Positions 1 through 9,096 of a DNA stretch of 23,942 bases are shown here, one piece after another. The position numbers and the translations under genes were made by a program. Each line of letters starts with the position of its first letter. Position 1 is the stretch's first letter. This stretch comes from Candidatus Bathyarchaeota archaeon (lineage in GTDB: Archaea; Thermoproteota; Bathyarchaeia; Bathyarchaeales; Bathycorpusculaceae): positions 1 through 23,942 of the forward strand of contig CAVYXJ010000018.1 of assembly GCA_963772455.1 (NCBI GenBank). Reading direction: 5' to 3'. Under the pieces are notes generated by a model. That model did not search any database. It worked only from the letters and a program-made list of their open reading frames with translations, and was not told where the DNA came from.

Positions 1-175
1 GTGAACAAATTTTTCTCAAAATCCGCTTAAACTTAAACCAAGAATTTCAAGATGGACATTGGACGTTAGCCTAAAATGGCATAGGCTTATGTACATTTTT
101 GTACTGATAAGTCTTAAATAAGGCTGCAAAGTCTATTTGTTTACTGAGCATTCGTTACAAAAACAAGGAATCACC

Positions 176-418
176 ATGGCTGCCAATACTCTTGAGATTT
201 GCCTTTCAATAATACAGTTCCTCAACAACCAAGGCCCACAGACACCATGCAAGATAGAAATATCAACAATAAAAAAAACTGACCAGATCAGCAAATACTT
301 TAACCTCCTCATAGAGCAAAAACTAATCGAGAAAACAACAAATCACAACAACCAAGAAACCTACGCAAACACCGACCGCGGCAAAAAAGTTTTAGAATTT
401 TTTCATGTAAAATTTTAA
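176..418 (+). CDS. Small winged helix-turn-helix protein (ArnR1/DUF4364-like)
   Basis: Pattern 'SKYFNLLIEQKLIEK...YANTDRGKKVLEFF' is typical of archaeal wHTH. ATG at 176 follows AAGGA and is preferred to TTG 137. Confidence 0.65.
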   Translation: MAANTLEICLSIIQFLNNQGPQTPCKIEISTIKKTDQISKYFNLLIEQKLIEKTTNHNNQETYANTDRGKKVLEFFHVKF

Positions 419-548
419 CCACAAAGGATACCCAAAATCAAAAGCAACAAAGTCGCCTTTGCCCAAACAATGTACGCTGTATCAGTGAGGTTTTCGCCTT
501 TTAGGAAACCTTTTTAGTAGAACCAGAATTTACTAATAATGTGGTAAG

Positions 549-1136
549 ATGGAACTACTTTTTAGACCAAACACACTTTTTAAAGCAGCGCTAAAAGACC
601 TGAAATTAGCTTCAGATGTGCCAAACAATTGCAAGGTTTACGTGTTTTATTTACCCGCGTTGCTAAAAGATTACACAGATCTTAAGGAAGAGCTATACAA
701 TGCTGGCGTTAGGGCTGAAAATAACATTTTTGTAGGAATATGGAGCATGGGCGCCCCTGACTTAACAAATGTGCTTTCAAATTTTAACGTAAACCGCCCT
801 CCGGCAATAGTGATTTTTGCTGCTCCTGAATTTTCAACTCCTGAAAACAACCCCAAAATATCTGCGTACGCAAGAATTGACAACCAGACGCTCTTAGCTG
901 ACAAGGCAAAAGCATCTGATTGCATTAACGAAACCTGCAGCCTGTTTCTACAAGGTAAAATCAAAAAGGGCGTTTCTAACGTGACAAACGACCAATACAA
1001 AGCAACTCTAGAACACTACCTCCAAAAAGTAAGTGGCGCAATCTCCAAGTTTCTAAATGAACACAGCATAACATTTGACGTCACTAAAGGTCAAGTCATA
1101 ATAGCGCCGTCTGGAAATTCATCCAAGAAAGGATAG
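549..1136 (+). CDS. Hypothetical protein, possible thioredoxin-like fold without CxxC
   Basis: 195-aa ORF preceded by GGT. Alternating strand/helix pattern with 'FNVNRPPAIVIF', which resembles the thioredoxin cis-Pro strand. Confidence 0.6.
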   Translation: MELLFRPNTLFKAALKDLKLASDVPNNCKVYVFYLPALLKDYTDLKEELYNAGVRAENNIFVGIWSMGAPDLTNVLSNFNVNRPPAIVIFAAPEFSTPENNPKISAYARIDNQTLLADKAKASDCINETCSLFLQGKIKKGVSNVTNDQYKATLEHYLQKVSGAISKFLNEHSITFDVTKGQVIIAPSGNSSKKG

Positions 1137-1348
1137 AGAAATCCAGAAATTCCCAGTATTCAATAATAGTTATTTTCCTCGAAAAGAGCTAAAGAATATG
1201 AAAAGCTTCCACTTTCTATTTACATTTATTCTTATTTTATTCATCAAGCGAATTTTTAGCTTCCCAAATTTTTTATCAATTTTTATAAAAGAGAAGAATG
1301 CCCATAGCTAACAATATTAATAATGTGCACAAAGGAATCCTCAAAAGG

Positions 1349-1798
1349 TTAACGCTTGCGTTTTAACGCTCGGCTTTGGAAGGCTTGGCAGGCTGAAAGA
1401 ACTTTTTCATAATTTTCTAACGTGCAATGAATGTGAAATGTTCCTAAACCGCCACCTAAACCGCCGGTGAAAAGCTTCTCCTTCAAGAATATAAGTTGTT
1501 CTTCTGGCTTAGTTTTTACTTCTCGGACGTCTTTCCAGTGTACAATCCAGCCTTTCTTGTTGCTATTTGGCTGGGACATTTTCGTCATTCCCACTATAGT
1601 AATGCCGGGGCTGCCCTTGGCTAACCCGTAGGCTGTCATCAAAGTACCAATTTCTTTTCCGTGTGTTGTGAGCCGGTTCTTAGTGGGTTCAGAATAACTT
1701 GCAATACGCTTATCTATATAGAAACATGCTTCGTCAATCTGCCATTCAAGCGGGCTTGGTAATCCATCTGAGACAGCGCTTGCTTTTTTACTGCCCAT
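1349..1798 (-). CDS. Hypothetical protein
   Basis: 149-aa ORF with ATG start, no competing ORF, and a TTAA-rich TATA-like element about 25 nt upstream. Confidence 0.6.
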   Translation of the reverse strand: MGSKKASAVSDGLPSPLEWQIDEACFYIDKRIASYSEPTKNRLTTHGKEIGTLMTAYGLAKGSPGITIVGMTKMSQPNSNKKGWIVHWKDVREVKTKPEEQLIFLKEKLFTGGLGGGLGTFHIHCTLENYEKVLSACQAFQSRALKRKR

Positions 1799-2172
1799 AA
1801 ATCAAATTTGTCGAATCTAAGTTAAGAACTTGCTGCTTGAGCGTAAAGCGAATATTAGCGATTCTGCAGGGGGTTTGTAACCTGCCATTGGTGCCTTTGC
1901 AGACTTTATACTCACGACCTTGCCTAATGTTTCAAGGGGAATTAACAGTTTAAAATCCATTTTTAAAGCGGTACCCCAAGTTAAGCGTTTTACGATAAAC
2001 TTAAAACGTGAACTTGCTAACTAAGAAATAAGGTCTGTGCATGTCTGAAACGGAAACCATATTGAGACAGGAAGCAGGTGTTAACGAGAAAAGATACATC
2101 TAACAAAAAACTCGCGACAGATTATACTACAAAAATAGATATGCTACTGAAGTTTTATTAATCAATGAGGTT

Positions 2173-3579
2173 ATGCACATGGAAGTTGCATTGAACTACA
2201 AACTCTACGATGAAGAGTCAAACATAAAAAACGAAGGCGAAGCAAGAGCCACTTTCAACGAACAATATCTGACTTTAACCGTCATGTTCGGGGAACCCAT
2301 GCTATTCGCTTATACGGACATTGTCGGAATATCAGACTACGATTACAAAGTTGATCTTTTCTTAACTTCAAAAGAAAAACTAAACCTTTGGGGCATAGGA
2401 TACCAATACGAAGACTTTCTCTTCAAACTATACAAGCTCCGAAATGAGCTCATGCTCAAATATCTGCTCATTGATGAATCACTTCTCAAAAGCGGCTTCG
2501 AAGCACAATACAAACAACTTGATCCAAACGGACAAACAATTCAAACTGGAAACTGTGAAATCCGCCTCTATGAAACTGCAATGGTAGTTCTACCACAAAA
2601 AAGCGACCCCCTCCGCCTCCCATACTGCTACATAACAAACGTAAACAAACAAGATTACACACTAAAAATAACAGATGAATTCTTAGAAAAAATTGAGTTC
2701 CTTCAGCTCGGACAAAACTTCGATCCATTCGCAAAAGCCCTCTCAGACGCCATTAACAAAATGATCCTCAGAACTCAGGAAAACATAAAAAATCTTATTC
2801 CAGAAGCAACTCCCATCATAATAAACAAACTATCCTCTTTGATGAAAGACGGACGGGCAGCAAAAAGAAAGGAAATCGAATTACAGTCACAAGATTTCTG
2901 GCGACACCTAGAAAAGAAAATAGACAAAACAGGTATAACTAAAGAATATGAATTCCTAAACTCATCGGCTGCAAGAGACCAAGTGTGCGTGGGAATAAAA
3001 CGCGGACTCATGGGTGACCTAACTGGCACTTACATATGGATGATGTTCCCACTTCTTAACCCAGGAACCACCAGACTAAGCAACACAATAGCAATAGAAG
3101 CATTCAACGCCCAGGACAATACAGAAGAAAACAATAAACAACAAAGGAACACAGAATATATAATCCCCAAAACCGAGCAAGAAATCAGCCAAAACCCAGA
3201 TGAAGAACAAAAAACCGTCACAACGGGCGCAACCTACTTTTTCAGAACAATGGGGAGAAAAGAATACGCCCAGACAAAAGATGAAGACTTAGTCATAGGC
3301 CTGGAGAATTTTATCAAAAACATCAATCGTGCCATGATCGACGTGAACTTCCGAAGAGAGCCAATATTCCTCTCCACAGAACAAATGGATAGTGCCAAAT
3401 ATGTTCAATACCGATTTGCTGTTGCGAGAATGCCTTCGCTTAGAATGCTGAGAAATCTATTCATCGGAAGGGTAATTCACTCATCACTTGAACAATGGAA
3501 GAGCAATGTAGCTAGTTTATTAGCCTTCAATACTAAAAGTTTGGATGATACAGACAAATGGAAGAAAGGAGACGAATGA
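2173..3579 (+). CDS. Hypothetical protein with two tandem PH/GRAM-like domains
   Basis: 468 aa with GAGG RBS (start 2173 or 2179). Internal repeat 'EGEARATFNEQYLTL...PMLFAYTDI...DYKVDL...EKLNLWGIG' versus 'TGNCEIRLYETAMVV...PLRLPYCYI...DYTLKI...EKIEFLQLG'. Confidence 0.75.
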   Translation: MHMEVALNYKLYDEESNIKNEGEARATFNEQYLTLTVMFGEPMLFAYTDIVGISDYDYKVDLFLTSKEKLNLWGIGYQYEDFLFKLYKLRNELMLKYLLIDESLLKSGFEAQYKQLDPNGQTIQTGNCEIRLYETAMVVLPQKSDPLRLPYCYITNVNKQDYTLKITDEFLEKIEFLQLGQNFDPFAKALSDAINKMILRTQENIKNLIPEATPIIINKLSSLMKDGRAAKRKEIELQSQDFWRHLEKKIDKTGITKEYEFLNSSAARDQVCVGIKRGLMGDLTGTYIWMMFPLLNPGTTRLSNTIAIEAFNAQDNTEENNKQQRNTEYIIPKTEQEISQNPDEEQKTVTTGATYFFRTMGRKEYAQTKDEDLVIGLENFIKNINRAMIDVNFRREPIFLSTEQMDSAKYVQYRFAVARMPSLRMLRNLFIGRVIHSSLEQWKSNVASLLAFNTKSLDDTDKWKKGDE

Positions 3580-3915
3580 ATGCCAGGTTATAAACATCCT
3601 TGTAAATACTGCGGAAAACTCGTACCCGAAGACGACAATGTATGTCCATTCTGTGGAAAAGTTAACCCAGTTGGACCTCAAAGATGCCCAAAATGCAAAA
3701 ACCCAACTGAAACGGGACAAATCAAATGCAGCAACTGTGGCTTGTCACTTCAAATAAACTGCCCGCATTGCACAAAACCTACCTTCTTCGGAGACTACTG
3801 CCAAAACTGTAACCAAAGACTCACGGTTATCTGTGCTAAATGCAAAACGGAGCAGGCGCCTTTAGGAGAGAAATGCATAAAATGCGGTAAGCCCCTAAAC
3901 ATAACAGGGAGATAA
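3580..3915 (+). CDS. Double zinc ribbon (DZR) repeat protein
   Basis: Eight CxxC motifs in 111 aa. Starts immediately after the upstream stop; RBS AGGAG. Confidence 0.9.
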   Translation: MPGYKHPCKYCGKLVPEDDNVCPFCGKVNPVGPQRCPKCKNPTETGQIKCSNCGLSLQINCPHCTKPTFFGDYCQNCNQRLTVICAKCKTEQAPLGEKCIKCGKPLNITGR

Positions 3916-3920
3916 AAAAA

Positions 3921-4580
3921 ATGCCACTTCAACCTTTTACAAGAAACTACCAAGACAACAGCACCGACGCTGGGTTCCAATTCACCTTCAACTGTGATGT
4001 ATGCAATGACGGCTACAAAACAAACTTCATCGCAAGCAAAACCTACAAGAAAAAAAGCTTGTGGAGAGGACTTGGTCAAGTCGCCTCCATAGGATCAGAA
4101 CTAGCTGGGCGCGGAGGCTACTCAATTCAACGAGGCGCAGACGCTATGAGCGAACGATTCCAAGGCATGACACCAGAATGGCACAAAGAACATGAACAAG
4201 CATTCGAACTCGCACAAAATGAAGCTAAAGGGCACTTCCACAGATGCCCAAGATGCCACAAATACGTGTGCGAAAATGACTGGAACGAACAAGAAGGGCT
4301 ATGCACTGACGATGCGCCAAGAGAAAGCACTGAAGTAGCTGCAGCTAGAGCCGAAAAAATGGTCACAGACATAAAACAAAAAGCCGAAACCACCCAAGTC
4401 TACACAGGCGAAATAACACAAAGACAAACAATTTGCCCAGTTTGTGGAAAACCAGCTGGTTCAGGCAAATTCTGCAATAACTGTGGAGCACCGCTAGGAT
4501 TGATTGTTTGCCCTAAGTGTGGAGCTAAAAACCCTGCGGGTACCAGTTTCTGCGGCGAATGCGGCACCAAACTTACCTAA
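3921..4580 (+). CDS. Zinc ribbon domain-containing protein (C-terminal DZR)
   Basis: CDVC, CPRCHKYVC..LC, then CPVC/CNNC/CPKC/CGEC. RBS GGGAG; 5 nt after the previous gene. Confidence 0.9.
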   Translation: MPLQPFTRNYQDNSTDAGFQFTFNCDVCNDGYKTNFIASKTYKKKSLWRGLGQVASIGSELAGRGGYSIQRGADAMSERFQGMTPEWHKEHEQAFELAQNEAKGHFHRCPRCHKYVCENDWNEQEGLCTDDAPRESTEVAAARAEKMVTDIKQKAETTQVYTGEITQRQTICPVCGKPAGSGKFCNNCGAPLGLIVCPKCGAKNPAGTSFCGECGTKLT

Positions 4581-4588
4581 ATAAAAAA

Positions 4589-4621
4589 GCACAGGATCAC
4601 AAATCCTTGTCTTCTTTTTTT
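4589..4621 (+). terminator. Weak hairpin plus oligo-T terminator of the zinc-ribbon operon
   Basis: ACAGGA..TCCT-TGT followed by CTTCTTTTTTT just after the stop at 4580. Confidence 0.5.
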
Positions 4622-4716
4622 ATTCAATAAGATAATCACACATATCCAAACATAGTATCTAAAATAAAAAAAAGAGTTTTTAGAATTTTTGTTTTCTTGT
4701 TGTTTGTCAAAATGCC

Positions 4717-5211
4717 TTAACTAAATCGTTTTTTAGCTTTCTTTGCTACTAAAGCAACTGTGCAAGTTGCCACTGCTATCATAGTCACGATTAAAGCGAG
4801 CAATTCGTTGCTGAATTCTGGCACTGTCGGGCTCGGGGAAGCCGTTGCAGACGTAGTTTTAACGTACACGTTTCCTGTATCGGCTGCTGTGAAACCGTTA
4901 TTTGTGATTCTGAATTCAAAGAATTGACGTCCGCTTACTGTTGTATATGAGACTTCGAAGGCTGTTGCATTGACTATATGCCATATGCCCTCATGTGTGT
5001 CAAATAATGCTGTGCCATCCTCATAAAGAGTTATTATGGATCCTGTTGATGTGTTTGAATAAATGCCAGCCATACTTGACAGAGTCGGGTATTCACTTGC
5101 GCTACTTAAGCAACAAAATGAAGCTGCGCCAACAATTATTACGATTAAAGCAACTGCAATTAATCCAACATTAAGCCTTTTCTTTTTTGGAACTAAATCT
5201 AGTTTGCTCAT
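4717..5211 (-). CDS. Secreted/surface protein with PEF-CTERM-like sorting signal
   Basis: N-terminal basic plus hydrophobic segment, small beta domain, S/T/P linker, then 'VPEF', a TM helix and basic tail KKAKKR. Confidence 0.8.
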   Translation of the reverse strand: MSKLDLVPKKKRLNVGLIAVALIVIIVGAASFCCLSSASEYPTLSSMAGIYSNTSTGSIITLYEDGTALFDTHEGIWHIVNATAFEVSYTTVSGRQFFEFRITNNGFTAADTGNVYVKTTSATASPSPTVPEFSNELLALIVTMIAVATCTVALVAKKAKKRFS

Positions 5212-5404
5212 TTCTTATCCCTTTAATTTATCCTCGTTGCATTGAACTGCTTAAAAGGTTTGGGATTAATCATCATGTGCGGATATAGCAATTATTAATT
5301 AGAAATTTGACTGATGGACTGATCGATTGAGGTTGTTTTACGTACAATAAGTGCAGAAATTCTTAAGTATAACACATGTATAATTAAATATAACAGTGAT
5401 TTAT

Positions 5405-5608
5405 ATGCGTCAATGCTTAACCAAGACCAGAAAAATCGGTGGCTCCATCGTTGTAACCATTCCAAAAGAAATAGTTGACCTCCAACAAATAAAAGAAAAC
5501 GAATATGTCGAAATTACAATAAAAAAATTCCGAAAAGACGGCTTCGGCATCTTAAAAGGCATGGCTTCCTTCACAGTTGAAGACGAGTTGAAATCTTCGC
5601 TTGAGTAA
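5405..5608 (+). CDS. vapB: AbrB/MazE/SpoVT-family antitoxin
   Basis: 'TRKIGGSIVVTIPKEIVD...IKENEYVEI' AbrB signature. Overlaps the PIN gene start. Start is ATG 5405 or GTG 5396. Confidence 0.85.
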   Translation: MRQCLTKTRKIGGSIVVTIPKEIVDLQQIKENEYVEITIKKFRKDGFGILKGMASFTVEDELKSSLE

Positions 5609-5990
5609 CTACATAATTGATGCTTGGACATGGATCGAGTATCTAGTTGGCAGTGAACACGGTGCCAAACTTAACAAAATCTTAGATGAAAATAACAACG
5701 AATTCTACACATGTGCCATAACGCTTGGCGAAATCATTAGCAAAGTCGCCCGAGAAAAAAGAGATATCGAAGCGGCAAGCAGCGTTGTGTGCAGCAACTC
5801 ACAAATTGTAAATGTAGACAAGGAACTTTCAGAGCAGGCAGGGCTTTTGCATTGTGAAATGAGAAAGACCCTAAAAGATTTTGGCTTAGCAGATGCATAT
5901 GTCTTAGCTACTGCTAGAAGATTAAACGCTAAAGTTTTAACAGGAGATTTACACTTCAAGAACATCAAGGACGCAGTGATGATTGAATAA
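5601..5990 (+). CDS. vapC: PIN-domain toxin (VapC)
   Basis: 'YIIDAWTWIEY', 'TLGEI', 'GLADAYVLATA', 'VLTGDLHF' give the PIN acidic catalytic set. Confidence 0.92.
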   Translation: MSNYIIDAWTWIEYLVGSEHGAKLNKILDENNNEFYTCAITLGEIISKVAREKRDIEAASSVVCSNSQIVNVDKELSEQAGLLHCEMRKTLKDFGLADAYVLATARRLNAKVLTGDLHFKNIKDAVMIE

Positions 5991-6307
5991 TCTTTAGGGT
6001 AAATAGTACTTTTTCCAAACTCAATTTTTGAAGTCTGATTTAACCTAAAATTTTGTGGTGGAGCACTGAGTTTTTCTTCTATTTCAGGTTGGCAATCTCT
6101 ACAAAGAGGTTTATCGAAGTTTTTAAGTGAAAATTTGAACTCTCCGTAGGTTATTGTTTGTTTGCATTCACTGCAGATGTAGGTTTTTTTGGGTGTGGCT
6201 GTTTTTTGGTGTTCAATACATAGAGCTTTGCCAAAATGGCTCGTTGAGTATTGATGGATTTCTCCGCTTATTGGTTCTTTGCAGATGCTACAATAATTGC
6301 CTGTCAT
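5705..6307 (-). CDS. Tandem zinc-finger protein; C-terminal half is antisense to vapC and possibly spurious read-through
   Basis: Two repeats CxxC-x~20-LCxx(H/C)Q. ATG 6307 overlaps the upstream TGA (ATGA coupling). Confidence 0.6.
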   Translation of the reverse strand: MTGNYCSICKEPISGEIHQYSTSHFGKALCIEHQKTATPKKTYICSECKQTITYGEFKFSLKNFDKPLCRDCQPEIEEKLSAPPQNFRLNQTSKIEFGKSTIYPKDYSIITASLMFLKCKSPVKTLAFNLLAVAKTYASAKPKSFRVFLISQCKSPACSESSLSTFTICELLHTTLLAASISLFSRATLLMISPSVMAHV

Positions 6308-6690
6308 TCGATCCAAACTGTTCTTATTTCCTTGATTTGGCTAAAATGAGGATCATCTGAAAAGCAAACGGCATTTAAAGACAATGCTGTGGCTGCAATC
6401 ATGCTGTCTCCCATTGAGAGCTTGTATCTTTGGCGCAGTTCCGCGGAGATCTCTGCAATTTGGTTATCGACAGGTATTATTTTGAATTCTTGTTTTAAGA
6501 AAGCAACTTTGAGTTTTGCGGTTTCTCTACCTTCATTAGCTAAGGAAAGCTTGTAGAGCTCATGTATTACTATGGCAGAAACGTATCTTTCACGTCTAGA
6601 TTTTTCTTTCCGAATTTTCTCCAATAATGCGGAATCTTTGGAATTATAATATTCCATGAAGAAGCGAGTATCGTAGACTGCTTTATTCAT
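6304..6690 (-). CDS. vapC: PIN-domain toxin (VapC)
   Basis: 'AVYDTRFF', 'VIHEL', 'LSMGDSMIAATA', 'FSDDPHF'. Confidence 0.92.
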   Translation of the reverse strand: MNKAVYDTRFFMEYYNSKDSALLEKIRKEKSRRERYVSAIVIHELYKLSLANEGRETAKLKVAFLKQEFKIIPVDNQIAEISAELRQRYKLSMGDSMIAATALSLNAVCFSDDPHFSQIKEIRTVWIE

Positions 6691-6913
6691 CTTCTTCCCT
6701 GAGTTTGTCGAGTTGCTTTTTCATTTCCTCAGGTGTTGCAATATGTGAAAATGCTCCGGCCATGTCCCAAAATGATTTCTTAGGTTTCAACAGTATGCCC
6801 TCGTCTGTTTCAACTACTTCAAGCCTTGTTCCTTCTTCAATTTTGAACTTTTTACGTAACCTTACAGGGATGGTTGTCTGACCTTTTCTTGTTACTACGA
6901 CCTCAGAGTCCAA
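6683..6913 (-). CDS. vapB: AbrB/MazE/SpoVT-family antitoxin
   Basis: 'VTRKGQTTIPVRLRKKFKIEEGTRL..VETDEGILLKP'. TTG 6913 is preceded by a GAGGT RBS; overlaps the vapC start. Confidence 0.9.
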   Translation of the reverse strand: MDSEVVVTRKGQTTIPVRLRKKFKIEEGTRLEVVETDEGILLKPKKSFWDMAGAFSHIATPEEMKKQLDKLREEDE

Positions 6914-7117
6914 CTTAAAACCTCGCACTACATTAATGCCATCTTACAAATTAAGCATTTCCATTGAGGATCCAGCAATCATATTTTTTGGGAGTTGAAC
7001 TTAGTTTCATACTAAAAGAGTTTTGAATATAACAATTATTGAATACATTTAATTTCTAAAATAGACTAAGGAAGTGAAGAAATAAAATCTATAAGTAAGT
7101 GAAAGAAGCGTACCTCG

Positions 7118-7402
7118 CTATCGCGGTGTATTATCTGATACTTTTGTTTTTGATTTCTCGATTATCTCACAGATGCGGCAGGCTGCGTCATCGAGAATTT
7201 TCTTGAGTTGCTTCATGTCTTCTTCCACTAATTCGCGATTTTGCAACAGCGGGTAGACACTGAGATGGATCAAGTCGAATGTGGCCTTTATATCAATTTT
7301 TCCGGTTCGCTTCTGATCCATTAATGACTTCATTATTTTTTCTCTTTTGGCGATCTCTTCAATCTTTAGCCTTGGTTTGTCGGTACTAAGACTTCTGCTC
7401 AT
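7118..7402 (-). CDS. Small helical hypothetical protein, last gene of the isoprenoid operon
   Basis: ATG 7402 overlaps the upstream TAA (TAATG) and follows a GAGGTG RBS; 94 aa. Confidence 0.7.
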   Translation of the reverse strand: MSRSLSTDKPRLKIEEIAKREKIMKSLMDQKRTGKIDIKATFDLIHLSVYPLLQNRELVEEDMKQLKKILDDAACRICEIIEKSKTKVSDNTPR

Positions 7403-8613
7403 TACATAACCACCTCTATCTCTGGGATTTTCATCCCACACAAGTTTAACCCCTTGATTTTAATTCCTTTTAACACCAAGCTTAGGTCGAGCTTTTGGGC
7501 GATTGCAGAGCTAGTTGTAACTGTACCCGATAAGTTTGAAAATTCCAATCCCCCCTTGATTCGCATTATAATCTTGGTGATGTTGAGAGTTAATACACCG
7601 TTAATGTGGGCTCTATCGGCGTCACCGATAAGTGTAACACCCGATCCATACATCTTCTTTGATGTTGAAATTGATAAAGCCGTATTGGATTGAGCCTCAA
7701 ACGCTTGGGTTGTGACGGATGGGATAGTTATGTTTAAGGCTTTTATGTCCTTCATGGATGCATAAGGGCTCGATATGCCCATTGAGTCCATTTCGTCAAT
7801 GCTTGTCAGATCCGTTGCAATGTCGTTGGGTCCCGTTGGATTGGGTATAGGCAAGCAGAGTCCAATGTTAATTCCTAAGGGAGTGTCAATGGGGATACTT
7901 GTACATTGCATCTGTATGTTTTCGGCTGTAACTTGGTCAATCTCAGTTTTCCCAATCGGTTCAGCGGTCATAGAGAACGGACCGATATTAGTTGCAGATG
8001 AGAACATCGAAAAGGAACCAGCCCCGAAAACGACATCTCCCAGTGTTTGTTTCTCCACATAGGAGGCAAAATTTACGCCCCCAGATACACCATAACAAAA
8101 GTCCTCCCAACAAAGCGGCCATGGCAAGTCAATGTTTCCCGAAAACGTGGTACTTATGGATAGAGTAATTTCCAACTCTACATTTTTAGCTTTACACGAA
8201 TCATACTTGAATGTTCCACTAAAATCTTTCAACTTAAGACTTGGGATGGATATTTCACCGATTTCTATCTCCCTAATCGAAAGAGGCCCACCGATGCTAG
8301 AAGCAATTTCCGATTTGGGTATAACCGCACGGGCTATCACCTTTTCTTGTCTTGGGCGACATCGCATCTGAGGCGGAGGACAATCACAACCTTTTGTTGG
8401 AATTTTGGGTAAATCAAAACAAACTTTTTGTGTTTCTACCTCAATTTTAGGCAGGTTTACGCAGACTTTTTGTGTTTCCAACTTCGGTAACGGAATGCAT
8501 ATCTTCTCTTCTTTTGATGAGATAGCTGCGTTAGTTTTTTCTACAGAAGTTATTTCTTTATTTTCTAAAACTTTTTTTGTTCTCGAGCTCTTGCTCAATC
8601 GCTTAGTCCCCAT
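7402..8613 (-). CDS. Long beta-strand-rich hypothetical protein with N-terminal Cys/Pro repeats
   Basis: 403 aa, Ile/Ser/Thr/Gly-rich alternating pattern, no obvious signal peptide or TM helix. Confidence 0.8.
   Translation of the reverse strand: MGTKRLSKSSRTKKVLENKEITSVEKTNAAISSKEEKICIPLPKLETQKVCVNLPKIEVETQKVCFDLPKIPTKGCDCPPPQMRCRPRQEKVIARAVIPKSEIASSIGGPLSIREIEIGEISIPSLKLKDFSGTFKYDSCKAKNVELEITLSISTTFSGNIDLPWPLCWEDFCYGVSGGVNFASYVEKQTLGDVVFGAGSFSMFSSATNIGPFSMTAEPIGKTEIDQVTAENIQMQCTSIPIDTPLGINIGLCLPIPNPTGPNDIATDLTSIDEMDSMGISSPYASMKDIKALNITIPSVTTQAFEAQSNTALSISTSKKMYGSGVTLIGDADRAHINGVLTLNITKIIMRIKGGLEFSNLSGTVTTSSAIAQKLDLSLVLKGIKIKGLNLCGMKIPEIEVVM
8423..8478. repeat. Intragenic 14-bp direct repeat encoding ETQKV-C-xx-LPK repeats
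   Basis: ACTTTTTGTGTTTC at 8423-8436 and 8465-8478 (42-nt spacing). Confidence 0.8.
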
Positions 8614-8697
8614 TTCTATTTGGCAGTATTGTTATTTATCGTTTGTGTTGAGTCTGATTAGTCAGCACAACTCAGAATCTAATCATCACTTAATGCC

Positions 8698-9096
8698 TTA
8701 CTTCAGTCTATATGTCAAGAAATAGAAACGAGGCGACAATCTTGAAAGCAACAAAATCTGCTCAAAAATTCTATAGCATTTTAGCAGTGTTGCGGGTTCC
8801 CCATAAGCTTCAATCTTGTTTGTTTGTAGCGATTTATCCAGCGTTATCCTACCTTCAAGAAGGTCAAAGAGACATTTTCTTGAGAGTTTTACTCGAACAT
8901 CAATCATCTTGGGTATTGTTTCACCTTCGATAATAACGTCGTTGGATGTGACTCGAATCAATGTCTTTTCCTCATCGAGGGTTTGAAGCCAAACTAAGCC
9001 CTTAGTGCTATCAATCATTCTTTGAAGATGCTTGGGATAATCTTGTCTCATTAACGCAATTAGCTCTTTTAAAAACTGTTCAAGCGTCAGTTGCAT
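8698..9096 (-). CDS. SCP2 (sterol carrier protein 2)-like lipid-binding protein
   Basis: 'DVRVKLSRKCLFDLLEGRITLDKSLQTNKIEAYGE' matches the SCP2 C-terminal pattern. Likely start ATG 9096 (or 9105), overlapping the upstream gene end. Confidence 0.75.
   Translation of the reverse strand: MQLTLEQFLKELIALMRQDYPKHLQRMIDSTKGLVWLQTLDEEKTLIRVTSNDVIIEGETIPKMIDVRVKLSRKCLFDLLEGRITLDKSLQTNKIEAYGEPATLLKCYRIFEQILLLSRLSPRFYFLTYRLK

Noticed and set aside
1856-1960. 34-aa minus-strand ORF MDFKLLIPLETLGKVVSIKSAKAPMAGYKPLQNR
   Set aside because: No RBS, motif or recognisable similarity.
671-4393. Antisense or alternate-frame ORFs 671-1000, 2486-2734, 2775-3029, 3030-3221, 3520-3720, 3545-3757, 3795-4079, 4127-4393
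   Set aside because: Shadows of better-supported plus-strand genes, with no motifs or RBS.
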